Shown in pieces: positions 13,228 to 26,775 of a stretch of DNA of 64,000 nucleotides. Both the position numbers and the translations under genes were made by a program. Within the stretch, counting starts at the first letter, position 1. The number at the start of each line of letters is the position of its first letter. The DNA lies in the NCBI GenBank assembly GCA_963924565.1, contig OZ004607.1, forward strand, positions 14,012,001 to 14,076,000, read 5' to 3'. The notes under the pieces are model-generated. The model worked only from the letters and a program-made list of their open reading frames with translations, had not been told where the DNA came from and did no database searches. The stretch comes from Ascidiella aspersa. Lineage: Eukaryota.

Positions 13228-14731
13228 AGGCCTAACATATATGTCCTCTTTACGGAGGATTTGTCCTCTTTTCTGAAGGAAAGAGAATGGTCGAGGGATG
13301 GACGCACCGCCGAGGACGCACACAAATGCACAAATGTCCTCTTTTCTGCATTTCGAGTTAGCAAGACTTTTAACAAGACTTTTAGGCGAGACGTTGCATT
13401 TATTTCCCAAAAAATACTGCAGCCATGATTCCCATGAGACATGCTGAGTTGCTGGTTTAAAAAAGATTTTTCCAACAAATTGCCCTACCAGCCCTATCTT
13501 CTTGATTGTTATTGCAAACATAGTTACAAATATTGCGCCAGAAAAAACTGTTAAAAATCGCGTAATTTTACTTGAGCGTTATGGCCTATAATGCAAATAT
13601 TGAACGTATTTTTTTTTGATGCAGCTAAAATGGTGCAAAGAAAGAGACAGTCTATTAGTTTTATCAGTTTCGAGCATCTTAACGGTTGATAGGCCCCTAT
13701 ATAATTTCAATGATGTTTCGTGTATAAACAATTTCACGATCTCGCTGAAGATCATCATTCCTTTTTAGCAATAGAAAAGGGAACCGCAAAGTATTCATGA
13801 ATCTGAAAAATAAATTTAATTTGTTTTTTTTGTGTCTGTTTTTGTGAATTTTGCTTTTCTTTGTTTTTGTAACTTTTGACTGTAACCAGGGCCGGATTAA
13901 CCATTAGGCTAATAAGGCTATATCTTTGAGCCCTGTAAAAATTCGGCCCTCAGTTAGTTTTATTATTATTCAATAGTCGGAATTCAATACAGTTGCTGCG
14001 TGTCTGGCGTCTATTGTCACGATTAATAAGCAATTTCTGCGAACTAGGTTTGGCGACGTGGCACACTGCTGCATTAAGATTGAATTATCGTATTTGTGTA
14101 TTAGTTGCCAGGTTAGTTAGAGCAGTGGTTCTCAACCTTTTTGTCTTACGGTCAGGTAAAATTTCAAAACAAGTTTTCGGACCGGGTAGACCTTCAAAAA
14201 TCAAAATTCACCCAAAATGTAATTAAGACAAAAGTATGCAACTTCAAAGCAAATAATTAAAACTTCAATTTAATGAGCGATTTGCTGCTGTCTTTTTGAT
14301 ATCATACGTGTTATACGTGGTTCTATTAAGTTTTTCACATAAAACTGGTGTTAAAGTTTAAGACTGAAACGAGTTTTAGCCGATAAACTAATAAAGTCAA
14401 GCGTTTTGCAATTGAGATATAAAATGGTAATATATTTGACGGACCGGCAGGAAAGTTGACGGGGACCGGACGTTGAAAACCACTAAGTTAAAGTGTTTTT
14501 TTAAAACAGGTCTAGGGCTTTAGGCTTATGGAAGTTAAGGTAATTACGCCCTTCTCTAGTAAATTAGGCCCTTCCCAAGTAAACAGCCTTGGGCCTATAT
14601 ACCCTTAATGCTACCTGTAACTACCAAGGAAATGTTAAACATCATCAAACTCAAACGTAACAATTCTACTTTTGTTTTACTTGTCGGCAAAAAATGACCT
14701 CTTTTTGGATGCTGAAAATATGGTAGCCCTA
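13228..14731. mobile_element. Composite MITE cluster: outer element with AGAGGACA-type subterminal motifs and nested insertions
   Basis: Left end ...CATATATGTCCTCTTT with repeated TGTCCTCTTTT; right end TGACCTCTTTTT...AAAATATGGTAGCCCTA. Contains a CAGGGCCGGATT element from about 13887 and the hAT MITE at 14123-14485. Confidence 0.5.
14123..14485. mobile_element. hAT MITE
   Basis: CAGTGGTTCTCAAC ... GTTGAAAACCACTA with TSD AGTTAGAG/AGTTAAAG. Confidence 0.8.
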
Positions 14732-17445
14732 TAGTGTAAATGACTGTGTAACTTAAATTGTAACCGAAAGCACATGGCATCATCCGGCGGACAAACTTTT
14801 TCATTTATATAGGTAGGCCTAGAAAGATTTTTTTTATACAATTTATTATTCGTAAAACGAGAAAAGCGCAAAAAACTAAATTATAAATCCAAATCTATTA
14901 TGTAGTCAAGAAGCACTTAGTTTTGTATGTCGGCATAATTGCTCTTTTTAAAGCCGAATATCGTTCATAAGTTTGATCAGAACATAATATCGCGAAAAGG
15001 TGTAATGTAGCCGAGGTATTTTTCGCCTACAGCTTCCTCAGAGAGACACAATCCACAAACGCTGACGTTTTCCCAGTAATTCACGTTACGGACCCAAACA
15101 AAATAAGTGGGGTTTATGTTGCGGTTCGAAAATATATTGGTTTGACCAGTGGTTCTCAACCTTTTATGCTTCGTGGCCCCTTTGAAAGGCTCTCAACCCT
15201 CGCAGCCCCCCTGCTTATAAAAAAATATTTAGCTTTGTTTCTACGTGTATTTTTTCTTGTTTTACTTCTCCACGTTAATATCAAATACAGATATTAATCA
15301 ACGAATAAATGCACTTAGTTTCTCCAAAATTTAACAAATCAGTTATATTAATTTAAGTTAACTTATTTAGTCATTACAAAGCTTGATCTTGAAGTTTTTT
15401 TTTTCTCTGTTTTGTACTCAGACAAGCCAATGTTACTACATTCGTCGAGATGATTTGTGGATTTTCGGTTTAAGAATTACTATTAATTTACATAACCAAC
15501 CTAGCTGACTATTGTTCTAAAATGACCTTGAGTTACCCTCCAGCGTACTTTATGCGTTTTCCTACGGAATGTTTATTTTGCAACTTAACGCCCCTTAAGG
15601 GAATTGCGAAATCTCTGCACCTGGCATTATACGTTAGTTTCTCGCCCAACGGCATTTGACGGACTCTTAATGATTTATCGGCAAGGAAACGGCCCGGCCG
15701 CCTGAAAAATGCTGATGATATTGGATACATATAAAGCACCACATGTACGTAGGGTAACTCGTAATTTTCCTCGATAAACGAAAGAAAAGGATCCACGCTT
15801 CTACTTTTAACATTTCTCGTCTAAAAACGTTTTAGAAAACTGTGTTATAAAACATTACAAAAAAAGTTTTACCGTCATAATATAAACCAAAAAATAAAGT
15901 TAACTGGCAATTTTTGAAAGTGGTGTCTGGTTTTGCAATACGTAGCTAGAGAGTTGTGTCCGTGGTCAGTGGCTTAGCCAGCCGAAATATGTGTGGGGCG
16001 AAAACTTTGAACTTAAACTATAGTAAGAGTATTTGATTTGAAACACCACCCCTTGATGCAGAAAATGACAAGACACGCTGAGTAGGCAAACTATACTTAA
16101 TAATTTGACACTAAAACTGTTACCTCACAGCGATTAATAGACCTTATATAAAACATAAACAAATAACTATTTATAACGAATCATTAATGACTATAGGGCC
16201 ATTTTTATTTTAACCTAGAAAAAGATTTTTGACTTTATTTTATCAAATTTTGACTATATTTTAACCTAACGAAATTGCTTGTTTGTAGAGGTCACAGATC
16301 TTCCTTGAATTGATTCCAGTTAGCCAAACGTAATATTTTGTGGAAAAGTCAAGGTGTTTTATGGATTATAAAAAGTGCGTCGTTTTTTTGGCGACAGATT
16401 TAGCTAGCTGAGGCAGTTTTGCATTACAGAATGTCAGTAGGCTATTCCTAAAATCCAAACTGTTGATCCCACCAGGCGACCTTCACTTTGCATGAGATAA
16501 CCGTCATGCTTTACTTCTATGCGATTTACGATGTTTCGTTTTCAATATGCACATTGCGCTGAATTTCGGTAAACACAACCATGTGCTTAAATCGGAAACA
16601 AGTACCGTAGTTTACTCACAAAATTGAACAGTCAGGTTTTAATTGCATCGAAATCAAAAAGTAAATAATTATTTGCTAAAATCTTTGTAACCTACAGTAG
16701 CAGCTACTTAAGCTAAAAACATCTATGTATTGTTCGGTATAGAAGAAAAAAAAAACCTTATCGTTGCTATCCACTCATTCACGCTTATTGTGTGACGTCA
16801 TTGTAAAGAAAATACAAAAATCGTACCAAAACAGCAGAAACATGTTGAGTTATGGCGACCCCATTTGGGGTCGCGACCACTGGTCGATGACATATATATT
16901 ATTTTTATGGAATGTATACCTTTGTTCAGTTACGGTAGTTTCAACACCAAAAAATTTAAAAAAACAAACATTGAAGTGATATTGCAAGATTGAACCAAAG
17001 CTGACTATCAGTTTGCGGGCCTAAAAAGCTGAACTCGGCCTGCAGTTGGACCACGCTGAATTGACTCATAATTAATCAGACCAAAGCGGTTATTGTAATT
17101 TTGAATAGAGCCGTACATATAAAAAAAACTGTTGAAAATACAATACCCGCTATGGACTGAATTGGTAGACAACAATGTTAACACAGTTAAAGACGCTAAA
17201 CATTTCCTTCGTTTTTAGGGATAAGCTGTCGTATTTTTAAAATCATTGTAAGGTTGCGCATTGCGCTGTCTTAAAGTACGTCCGTTTCGCTGTTGCAGGC
17301 CATGAACAGTTTAAAAGAGTTTAGGATAGTCTCTTTTAATTTAGATTTGTTGTTATAGTCCGTCAATAAAGATTGTATAATTTTATAACCGAAAAATTAT
17401 GTTAGGGCAATTATTGTAGCATTTTTCACCTATCAGGACTTGTAG

Positions 17446-18345
17446 GTTAACAGCGTTTGTATAAATGGCAAACTTAAAAAAAGTCATATATTTTTCTATC
17501 TAAAAGTAATATTTCTGTCCGTTGCAATATTTGCTGTAACATGGAAATTAAACAAATATAACGATTTGGTCGATTCAAACCGACATAGGCCTACATTAGT
17601 GGAACCTACCAGTCAAAAGCTTTCGTCAATCCACTTTATCACTTACGGCAATGCAAAATTTGCCGAATCCAGACGTAGAATCGCAAAGGAGGCAAACCAG
17701 ACAGGCTGGTTCGCCAGCGTTCGTGCGTTTCAACCTGACGATTTGCCGACGACTTTTCAAGAAAGGTACCACGACATACTGCAACAACCTCGCGGCGGCG
17801 GATACTGGGTCTGGAAGTTTTTCTTCATTGAAAAGGCACTGGAAGAAATAGACACCGGTGACTTTTTGCTTTATCTGGACGCTGGGTGCAAAGTGAATGC
17901 TCAAGCCGAACCAAGGTTTCGAGAGTATGTCGCGATGCTGTCCGAGTCCCCATTCGACATACTCGCCTTTAAGCTGGAGGATTTTAGAGAGGAATACAAA
18001 TGGACGACTGAACGAGTATTTCAGGCGCTCGGAGTCGAAGCCGCTAATTCCAGCATCCGTGAGAGCGCACAACGCATCACCGGCATCATCCTGATCCGCA
18101 AAGGTGAGCATTCGCAGCGCTTGCTGACTATGGTAAGGGATGTACAGGAAAGCGATCCTTGGTTGTTCTCTGACAAATACAACGACGAGACTCGTCGACT
18201 AAACTCCGAGTTCGTCGATGCTCGGCACGATCAGAGCGTTTTCAGCGTTTCGACCAAAATTGTCGGCAGCGTTGTGCTCAGGGATGAAACGTTTCCACCA
18301 GGCCAAGAAAAGTATCCGTTCTGGGCATCGCGAATACGACAGTAA
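17446..18345 (+). CDS. Intronless putative glycosyltransferase (GT-A / DUF1647-like) with N-terminal type II membrane anchor; start codon unresolved
   Basis: Stop-free frame from 17446 to the TAA at 18343-18345. Motifs RGGGYWVWK, GDFLLYLDAGC (DxD-like position) and RHDQSVFS. The in-frame upstream segment reads KLKKSH-IFFYLKVIFLSVAIFAVTW (basic residues followed by a hydrophobic TM). The catalytic part is about 50% GC in sampled lines. AATAAA at about 18761 and 18794. Confidence 0.8.
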   Translation, partial: VNSVCINGKLKKSHIFFYLKVIFLSVAIFAVTWKLNKYNDLVDSNRHRPTLVEPTSQKLSSIHFITYGNAKFAESRRRIAKEANQTGWFASVRAFQPDDLPTTFQERYHDILQQPRGGGYWVWKFFFIEKALEEIDTGDFLLYLDAGCKVNAQAEPRFREYVAMLSESPFDILAFKLEDFREEYKWTTERVFQALGVEAANSSIRESAQRITGIILIRKGEHSQRLLTMVRDVQESDPWLFSDKYNDETRRLNSEFVDARHDQSVFSVSTKIVGSVVLRDETFPPGQEKYPFWASRIRQ

Positions 18346-18899
18346 GCATCCCGGCTTGCCAACCCATAGTAAACCCCAATAATTCCATTAGGTGGTTAAT
18401 TTTTATTTGTTTGCCATTTCAACCCTCGGCAGGTTCTCATGTAAAATATGTCAAAAAAAGAAAATGCAACTTTTTTAACGTTAAACTAAAAACTGTGAAT
18501 ATTTATTAGTAGTGTAGGACAAAATATTCGGGTCGACTAATTTAAATATGGTGTTTACAAGTATTAATATTTATGTTTATTGCATGTTCTTGGTACCGTA
18601 AATACTTCAAAAATGTGTCTGGTTTTGCTATTTTCGTATTTATAACAGGTTTTGTGATTTCCTGTATTTATTGTATGCTTTTTAGCGTACCGGGAAGTAA
18701 TAAGTATGTGGTGTCTGTGCATGTATTTTTTTTTATAATACCAGCGTAGACCAACGACATAATAAAGCCAAATAAGCTGTAACATAGTGACGTAATAAAA
18801 TTTAACCAAGTCCTAAACTCATCGGAAAAATACCTACATGGCCTATGGCCCTAAATAACATCTACATTTATGAGGAAATGGTATGGGTTCGTAATTTAC

Positions 18900-19150
18900 A
18901 GCCTTCGTTTGGGCATCGGCGGTTTTGGTATGCACCCCCAGTTTGAACGGCGTCGTTGTTTTGGCAGCGGACTGTTTGCCTTTTTGAGATTACGGAGGGG
19001 TTAATGTTGAGGTTAGGGTTGGAATTATTGGGGGAGTTAGTAGTAATGTTTAGCGAGAAGAAGTTGTTTAAATCTGGCGGTGTATGTATTATTCTGGCAG
19101 CTTTGGTTCTTATAACGATATAAATCTTATTAAAAGTCCTATTAGGCTAC
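18900..19150 (-). repeat. Decayed copy of the dispersed element at 32960-33275 and 60215-60510
   Basis: Reverse-complement similarity, including CGTTTGGGC, GTTTGAACGGC and GGTTAGGGTTGGAATTATTGGGGGAGTTAG. Confidence 0.55.
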
Positions 19151-20432
19151 GACGTTGATGGATGGGGGGATTCTTCTGGTTTTTTGGAGGAGCATAGCGT
19201 ATGATTTCAGGGATGACGTCACACAGTTAACGTTAAAACGTGACATGTTTCATTAAAAAAGAAAAATGCTTTACCCTTGTATAGTTTGAGTGGCCTAAAC
19301 ATTCATTTTCGATTAGGCGCACGGGACTAAAGACTAATTTTGATTCGAAAAAGGTTTGTATTTACCTAGTTAAAATAGGGGAAGAATGTCACTTGGAAGG
19401 GCGTGATCACGTTTCCCTCTCGAGTAAGCGCAAACATATTCAACAATAAAAGTGACTCTTTAAGTAGGAATAATCTGCCCGTATAGATTTGCCAATCTCT
19501 AGATAACTTTTTAAATAAAATTATCCGGAGTTATAATTGTACAAGGGGCTTGAAAGCACGTTATATAATTATTTAAAAACAAATTTTATGGAAATACAGA
19601 TATGCAAGATAAAATTTAACCAGATCGAGTCGCTGTTGGAAAGGAAATAAAAATATGAATATATATATATATTATGTTCAGTCTAAAAATTAATTTTAAA
19701 GTGATTCAAAAATACGTTGTGGGTACGCTGTATGGAAAAAATAAGCTGTCAGTTAATTCAATGAACTAAAAAATCATACACTAGACTAGAGCAGTGGTTC
19801 TCTGGAGTAGAGCGCACGAGCTACCGATAAAATGTTGGTGGGGCATAGTTTTGTAGTCACAGACCAAACATATATTCTTATGATAGTGGGGCCGGACTTA
19901 TTTGAAGAACAAAAGCCGGGCGTGCTTTACAAAAGTTTGGTAATCACTGCTCTATGAAGATTTTAGGCTAGGATGACTTTCGACTGGTGAAAATTGTGTG
20001 CAAACCTGTTAAAAGTGTATAAAAAGGTTAAATGTTCATCTTTTATGACCCATTAGCATTGGCCGGCGCGAAACTGACAAATGGAATCTGTGCTTTACTG
20101 AAAACATTTCGATTTTCTCCAGACCAAAATAAGGAAACACCACGAAGGCCAGTGTGACACTTGAACTTTGTTATAATATTAATAAATATATCTCAATATA
20201 ACGCAATCAAAAAAATAAAACGTGCCGCGGTGAAACAAATGTCACGTGCAAGAACATAAGAAGGCTGCGTACAGAGTAACACAGCGGGTGGGGAGTTTTT
20301 TAGGTTGGGCATTCTAGAAAACATATTAAACAGGATGAACTACAACTATAGGCAAATTGTGTATAGTTAATTTCAAGGTTGAAATTTCGGGTGGAGTTCA
20401 AGCTCCGGCGTAGCAAAACAAGACATCAAGTT

Positions 20433-23400
20433 TTATAGAAGCATCCTGGTCGGGTCCTCCATGTATTTCTTAAAGAACTGCAGCCACTTGGCACCGACCG
20501 CACCATCCACTACACGGTGATCGCAACTCAACGTAGCTGAGATCACGTTTGCCTCGCGAAATCTTAAGCAAAACGAAAAACAAAGAAATCAGATTATTTG
20601 CCCATTGTTTGATTTTCAATTTTTTTACAATTAAATGTTTTTTCAGTGGCAATACTAGTAAATATAAATTTTCACCAGTTAAATTCTTAATGTTTTTTCA
20701 TAATTAAGATTTGTGTACTGTAAGTTACGACTTGAAATAGACATTTTTCTGGACTTAAAAGACGACTTTTCGCAACAATGGCTTGAAGCGTCCGCGTCAA
20801 ATATTGGTTATCACTTACCCCCGTTCGTTGCTTTCGTCCGGCACAAGTTCCCCCCTCGCCGAACCAACGGCCAGAATGCAGGCTTGGGGCGGGTTGATAA
20901 TTGCGCTGAACTGCTTAATACCGAACATGCCGAGGTTGCTGATGGTAAAAGTTCCACCCTGGCGAAAAAAATTTTGTATGTGATATTTTAATTTCACAAA
21001 TAATCTATTTTTAACTAGTCGTTGTTTGTACGACTTAAAATTTTGCTTTGAATCCTTAGTGTTGATGTACCATAAATTCTTGTGGCTGAAGCTTTCCTTC
21101 CCTTGCTTTTGTGGCCAGGGATACTACATCTTTGGCAATGGCCTCCAGGCCCTTGTTGTGTGCATCAAACACTATCGGCGTGATGAGACCGTCATCAGTG
21201 CTTACGGCTACACTCATATCTACAGTGGTGTGTCTGAATAAAATGGTACAAAAGTAATTCACATGCACGTTATAGAAACATTGACAGTCGTGTCAGTTGC
21301 AGTTGTTATACGGACAACTTTAATAAATGACAATACACGGCTCTCTGCTGTTGAAGCGTAGGGTCAGCGATTCTTACACGCACGCAGTAGTAAGCAACGT
21401 TAAGCCAAACACAGGTTAGTTGATTTCAAATTGCCGACGGTCAAAATTGGGATACACCCTAAAGCGTAAATCCAGCAGCATTATAAGACTTTAGCAGCAG
21501 TATTGATTTGATTAAAACAACACTAAGCATTTAAACACGTGTTTAGCAACCTCAATGTTGTTTGTTATACTGATTTAGCCGCGTTTAGAGTTACAGAAGT
21601 AAGCGACGATGCTGGAACGGTTCGTAAGGTGGAGAAACAGGTTACAAATTTTAGGTAATTTCCTAATATAGACGGTAAATAAATGATTTAAAGTAACTTA
21701 AGATATTACTTTTATTGGTTTCGAAATTTGTCGTTGATACTGACATACCGCCTTATAAAAGTGTTCCTCCAAGAAGAATTTGCTTCGGGAACCTTAAGGC
21801 AGGACAGGGCGGCCGCTTTGATGATAAAATCGTTCACAGATATCTTAGATCCTAAAAAAAAAAATATTACCTTACACAAGCATATTCACTTTATAAACTA
21901 TGACATCAATCGAAGTAGTTACCATCTTTTTGTAATTCAGAGTTGAACTGCTTCCTCATAGCAAGAATTTTGTCCATCTCGACATCAACAACCAAATAAT
22001 AGTGGGGAATGTTCTGCTTTGACTCCAACAGTCGTTTGGCAGTAACCTTGTATTAATAATTATCATCATTAAACAATTGCTTTGCTTTGGTATTAAATAA
22101 GATATTTGTAAAGACATCCGTAACTAACACAAGCTAGCGATGTTAATGCCTAAAAAAATAAAATAAACAGTATGTTGACTGTTAATAAATGTCCCATTGT
22201 ACCGATTTCCCCACCTTACAAAGCTAATTCTATTAAAACTGATGGGTTTCACCAACCTTTCTTATGTTTGTCAAGGGAATGTCAGAATATTTCCCATCAA
22301 CTATTTGTGGTTGTTGTGTAGGCATTACAGGGGACGTTGCTGAAGGTGCAGGGGTTACAGCACTTGGTTTTGCAATTGAAGAAGCCTTACTGAGGTCTAT
22401 AGCACGAATACGCCCACCAGGCCCTGATCCTTGTCCTTCACATAAATGTAACAATGATACTATTAACTGAACAACACACATATTTTGGCATTAATCATCA
22501 TTCTATATAAGCATCATAGTACACAAAATCAAACAATCCGTTCAATATATATATTAAGTCTTTTCCAAAGTCAAAGTATGCATAATACAGTTAAAACATT
22601 GTTGGATGAAATTCAACATAAAATTTTGACAAAAAACAAACTTAAAAACAATTTTATGAAGTTTATTACAGGTTTTATTAAATGGTCACTTATATTTCTT
22701 TTTAATAATTTATACAAGTTAATAAGGTTCAGTAAAATTTATTATCTTGCCCACAATCTTCAAACATTACAGTTATTTGAAATGTGATTTGCCTGCAATA
22801 TTGTGGGCTGTACAACTATATATCTGTTCTTTATGAATAAAGTGTGTTGATCCCTGAAATAGAAGCAATATGACCCTGAAATATAACCACCATGTGTGTG
22901 TAAAGTTGCGGGTCTATGGTTCTTGAATTAAACCAATTGTTCCGTAACTGGGGTCAGCAGAGTACTGGGGGTCTATGGCGAAATTACAGTCTGTTTTATA
23001 TATAGTTTTAAATATATTCATTTGAGCGCTTCGTTTAATCTTTCATGTTGTGGTCAAGGGAGTCGACCATGTCAAAAGTTCTTTGCTCATAAAAGTCTAA
23101 GTATTCGCTGCACCTGCCAGTTGTGAAAGAGCTATTCCTTGTTCTCCGGCCATCTTTTTAGCCAACGGACTTGCAAAAACCCGGTCCCCAGATTGCATAG
23201 TTGGGGTTGAGGCAGGAGTGGGGATAGGAGGCTGTACAAGAGTTGATGCTGAAGATTGAGGCTGTGCTTCTGAACCAGCAGCTCCTGAAGGTGATGGGGA
23301 ACTGCCTGTTATGATATTTATGGTTTACAGTAATCAGTTATACTAATTATCTATGTGACATTGAATATTTTACATAGCATTCAAGTTTAAATTTGATTAG

Positions 23401-26400
23401 TTCGCTACTATGTATAAACAATACATTGGTAATTACAGCTACATTGGAAAGTTGACTACTCATAACATAGTGGATCAAGTATACCTAAATCTGTGTAGTC
23501 CGCAAATGCTGCAATATCAGACTCATTTTCAACAATAATACACAATGGTGTTCCTAATGGCAAATCCTTAGCTCCAACTTGAAGAAGAATTTTAGCAAGA
23601 TAACCTAAATGTAGAATTGTAAATTATTATTATTACAAAAATATGCCATACCATATGAATGTTTTACTTGGTTAAAAACTCGAATTATTTAGGTATTTAA
23701 CTTGAAATAATGAATGACAATCTATCAGATCCAAAATGAACTGGCTGACCTTAAATCTGTAAGGTAATTACTATAAGATAAAATGAACCAAACATAATAA
23801 TATGTCGTTTGACACTATGATACCTTCATCTTGGTATTCCAGGGCCATGGAAGCTTTGTCGGTTTCGATTGTGGCAATTGCATCACCTTCTTCAATCTTG
23901 TCACCTTCATTTATTTCCCATCTTAAAAAATACCAAGATATATAATCTTTAAAACAAGGCTCCGAGGCATTACACACTTTGTTTAAACAATATTATTACA
24001 TACTACTACCTACACATCACTGATAAAATAATACTAACAGTTTTTAATAAGCACATTTGGTTGAGGCTTAACCTCGGTGGTTGACTAATTAAGCTTTTTC
24101 AAGTTTTGAGATTGACCAATATTCATCCGATATTTATCATAGGTTTTGTTTAAAATAAAGTACATCTAAACCTGCTGTTTTCATTGCTGATAAAATGTAT
24201 TAAACACAGTAATATGGCCACAGGCCATTTGTCTATAGCCGTGGTACCTAACATTTTATAGTTTACGGCACATCCAAGGAATAATAATTATATTGCACCA
24301 AACTTACTACAAAAAAGTGATTAGTAAACAAAGAGTTACATTAAGCGGATAATCGATAGAGTAAATATGGGATTTTCAAAGATACACAAATATCTTGCCA
24401 CCCTTAAGGGTTAAGATGGCACCCTGGTTGGAAACCATTACTCCATAGAGCCATATATTGCGTTTATTTTACCAAACAGAAAAAACACAAAAAATTGTCA
24501 AAAAATAAAATTTATATTTAATAAAAGACCTGTGCTCTTTATAATCATGTATTTGTGGGATAAAACAAGTTCAAAAACTTACGCAACAATACTTCCAGTT
24601 GTCATAGTTGGTGACAATGCTGGAAGCACAACCTTCTCATGAGGGGGAAGGTTAGTAGGTGGAGTTGAAGTTGGGGAGACTGGTTCGTTGCTAATCTGAG
24701 TGGGAGGTGTTGAAGTAGGTGGAGCACCACCACTCTCAGCGTTCAGTTGATCTAAAGGAATTAATAACAGTCTGAAATACCTATTTGCTAGTTGCTACAT
24801 AATTAAACTTTTCATATTTTCTGTAGTAGAGATTTTTTACAAGCTAAAACTGGAAGGCAGCAGCTGGTCTGCAAACTCTAATAAGGCAACAAAAGTTTAC
24901 AGGTTTAGAAACGTTAACAAGAAAACTCTGCAGGTTTAGAAACATAAAACATAGTAAAATATGCAAAAAAGAAAAAAAAGATGTATTTGTGTACAGTAAT
25001 TTTATTGTGAATTACCATATTTTTGCGACCATTTTTCAAGTCGTTTCCAAAACTAAGTAAGAAATTCAGGGTTGAGAATTTGCATTCGCCACGCCAATGT
25101 TAAGTACAATTGGAATGCACAGTGACATACTGAAAAGTTATATGCATTTACTCGTCCAGTAAAAAAAGGTTATTTCCTCAGGTAGAGTTCTGATTGGTGC
25201 CTTACTGACAAGTGCAAAATTCAATTCAATAGTAACCCTGAAATTTGAAGTGCTTGGTTTTCCTCAGTGCTAAAGATGACTCAAGAAACTTTATGTTACT
25301 AATATACCATACCAGAAGGATTTATGTTCAACTTGTATGTTTCTTGAGTCAAAATTCACACCAGGTCTAGGGAATAACTCCGAATGACATGAAAACCAAA
25401 ATTTTGTTAAAGAGTCAAGTAAATGGTATAAAACAAGTTTCTAACATACAATGCTGTGTTCTACAATTATTGTGCAACTTATTGCATTAAAATTTTATGG
25501 ATATGTACAATTGTTTAAAATTTTAAATCATATATATATGTGACCTTCAACAAAATATCCTTATGGCTAAGCCTTAAGACAATATTATTGCATTTTACTT
25601 TCACATAATTTGTTTTAAATATTATTCCAGTATTCTGCATCACTGCATTTACAAAGCAAATTACTTTTCCCTTGAAGAATTTAAAGATTTCACTTGCACT
25701 TGCCGAAATGTAAATGTTATCGTGTCACATTGTACAAATTATATGTTTGTTTTTCTGGGCAACATCCTGTTATTTATATCTTGTTGTTTGTTTATGTTTA
25801 TAGTATATATTACTATTCTGGCAAAATGGTTTTAAACGAACACTGCCTTTTTTGAATTGCTTAATGTTTATCTTTACATGTTAAGGTTAACTTATTTTTC
25901 TTTTCGTTTCACAACAATAAGACAGTGTTGTTTGAATGGAAATAGATATTTTTCTTGCCCACAAAAAAAAAATTCCAAAGATATTTTTAATATATTTTGG
26001 GGAAGAATTTATAAGCTAACTTTAAGGTGTTTTGTTCTTGAATTCCCAAGTTTACCTCCAACACTTACTTTGTTTAAAATGTCAGGCAGAAGATATGTGG
26101 TTTAATTAACAAATATAATTCTACTAATGCTTTTCACTAATGCTGAGGACAACTGCTAAGCCTACTTATTATGTATTGTTAAAAACAAATAAAGTAATTA
26201 GTCTGCAAATACTTTTTATAAAACCTAAAAGAAAAAAAAAGATTTAAATTACCCGCTGTGACGTCTTTAAAAGCTGCAACATCATCTTCATTTTCTACAA
26301 CAATGGCAAGAAGAGTTCCAAGGGGAATGTCTTTGGTGCCCTCTGGAAGTAAGATCTTGGCAATAAAGCCATCATCAGCTGCTTCGAATCCCATGGTTGC

Positions 26401-26775
26401 TTTGTCGGTTTCAATTTCAGCCAGCAGATCCCCAGCAGTAAATTCATCTCCTTCTTTTATCTCCCACCTCACAATACTACCTTGTTCCATTGTGGGTGAA
26501 AGCGCTGGAAGCAAAAGTGTGCTGTGTGCAGGCAAAGAATAAAATCTTACACTTTGATGGAAAAAATATTTTCCTGTATTTCTGGACCATAAATTGGCAA
26601 GAAAGTCATTACAGTGTTTTTTTCTTTCATGTTGCACAAATTTGTGAATAGATTGGTCTGAATGCACAAGCAGAGATGTTAGAATTCTTGGACTCTTGGT
26701 GAAACATCGCCTGCTTCCTTTGATAAGTTTCAGGGATTGCAGGTTAATCCTCTGGAAGGTTTGACAACTTAACAT
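20433..26775 (-). CDS. DLAT: Dihydrolipoyllysine-residue acetyltransferase, pyruvate dehydrogenase E2, mitochondrial; 11 exons, 646 aa
   Basis: Exons 26253-26775, 24583-24751, 23824-23921, 23485-23604, 23114-23305, 22257-22435, 21923-22046, 21749-21851, 21071-21233, 20819-20958, 20433-20562 (1941 nt, phases consistent). Basic presequence, two lipoyl domains (PALSPTM...ETDKA twice), subunit-binding domain [10 protein letters not shown]...GSGPGGRI, catalytic [13 protein letters not shown] and [10 protein letters not shown]. Confidence 0.97.

Noticed and set aside
17626-18111. 161-aa antisense ORF and other short frames over the GT-like gene
   Set aside because: Shadow ORFs expected from a GC-rich coding sequence; the conserved motifs are on the plus frame.
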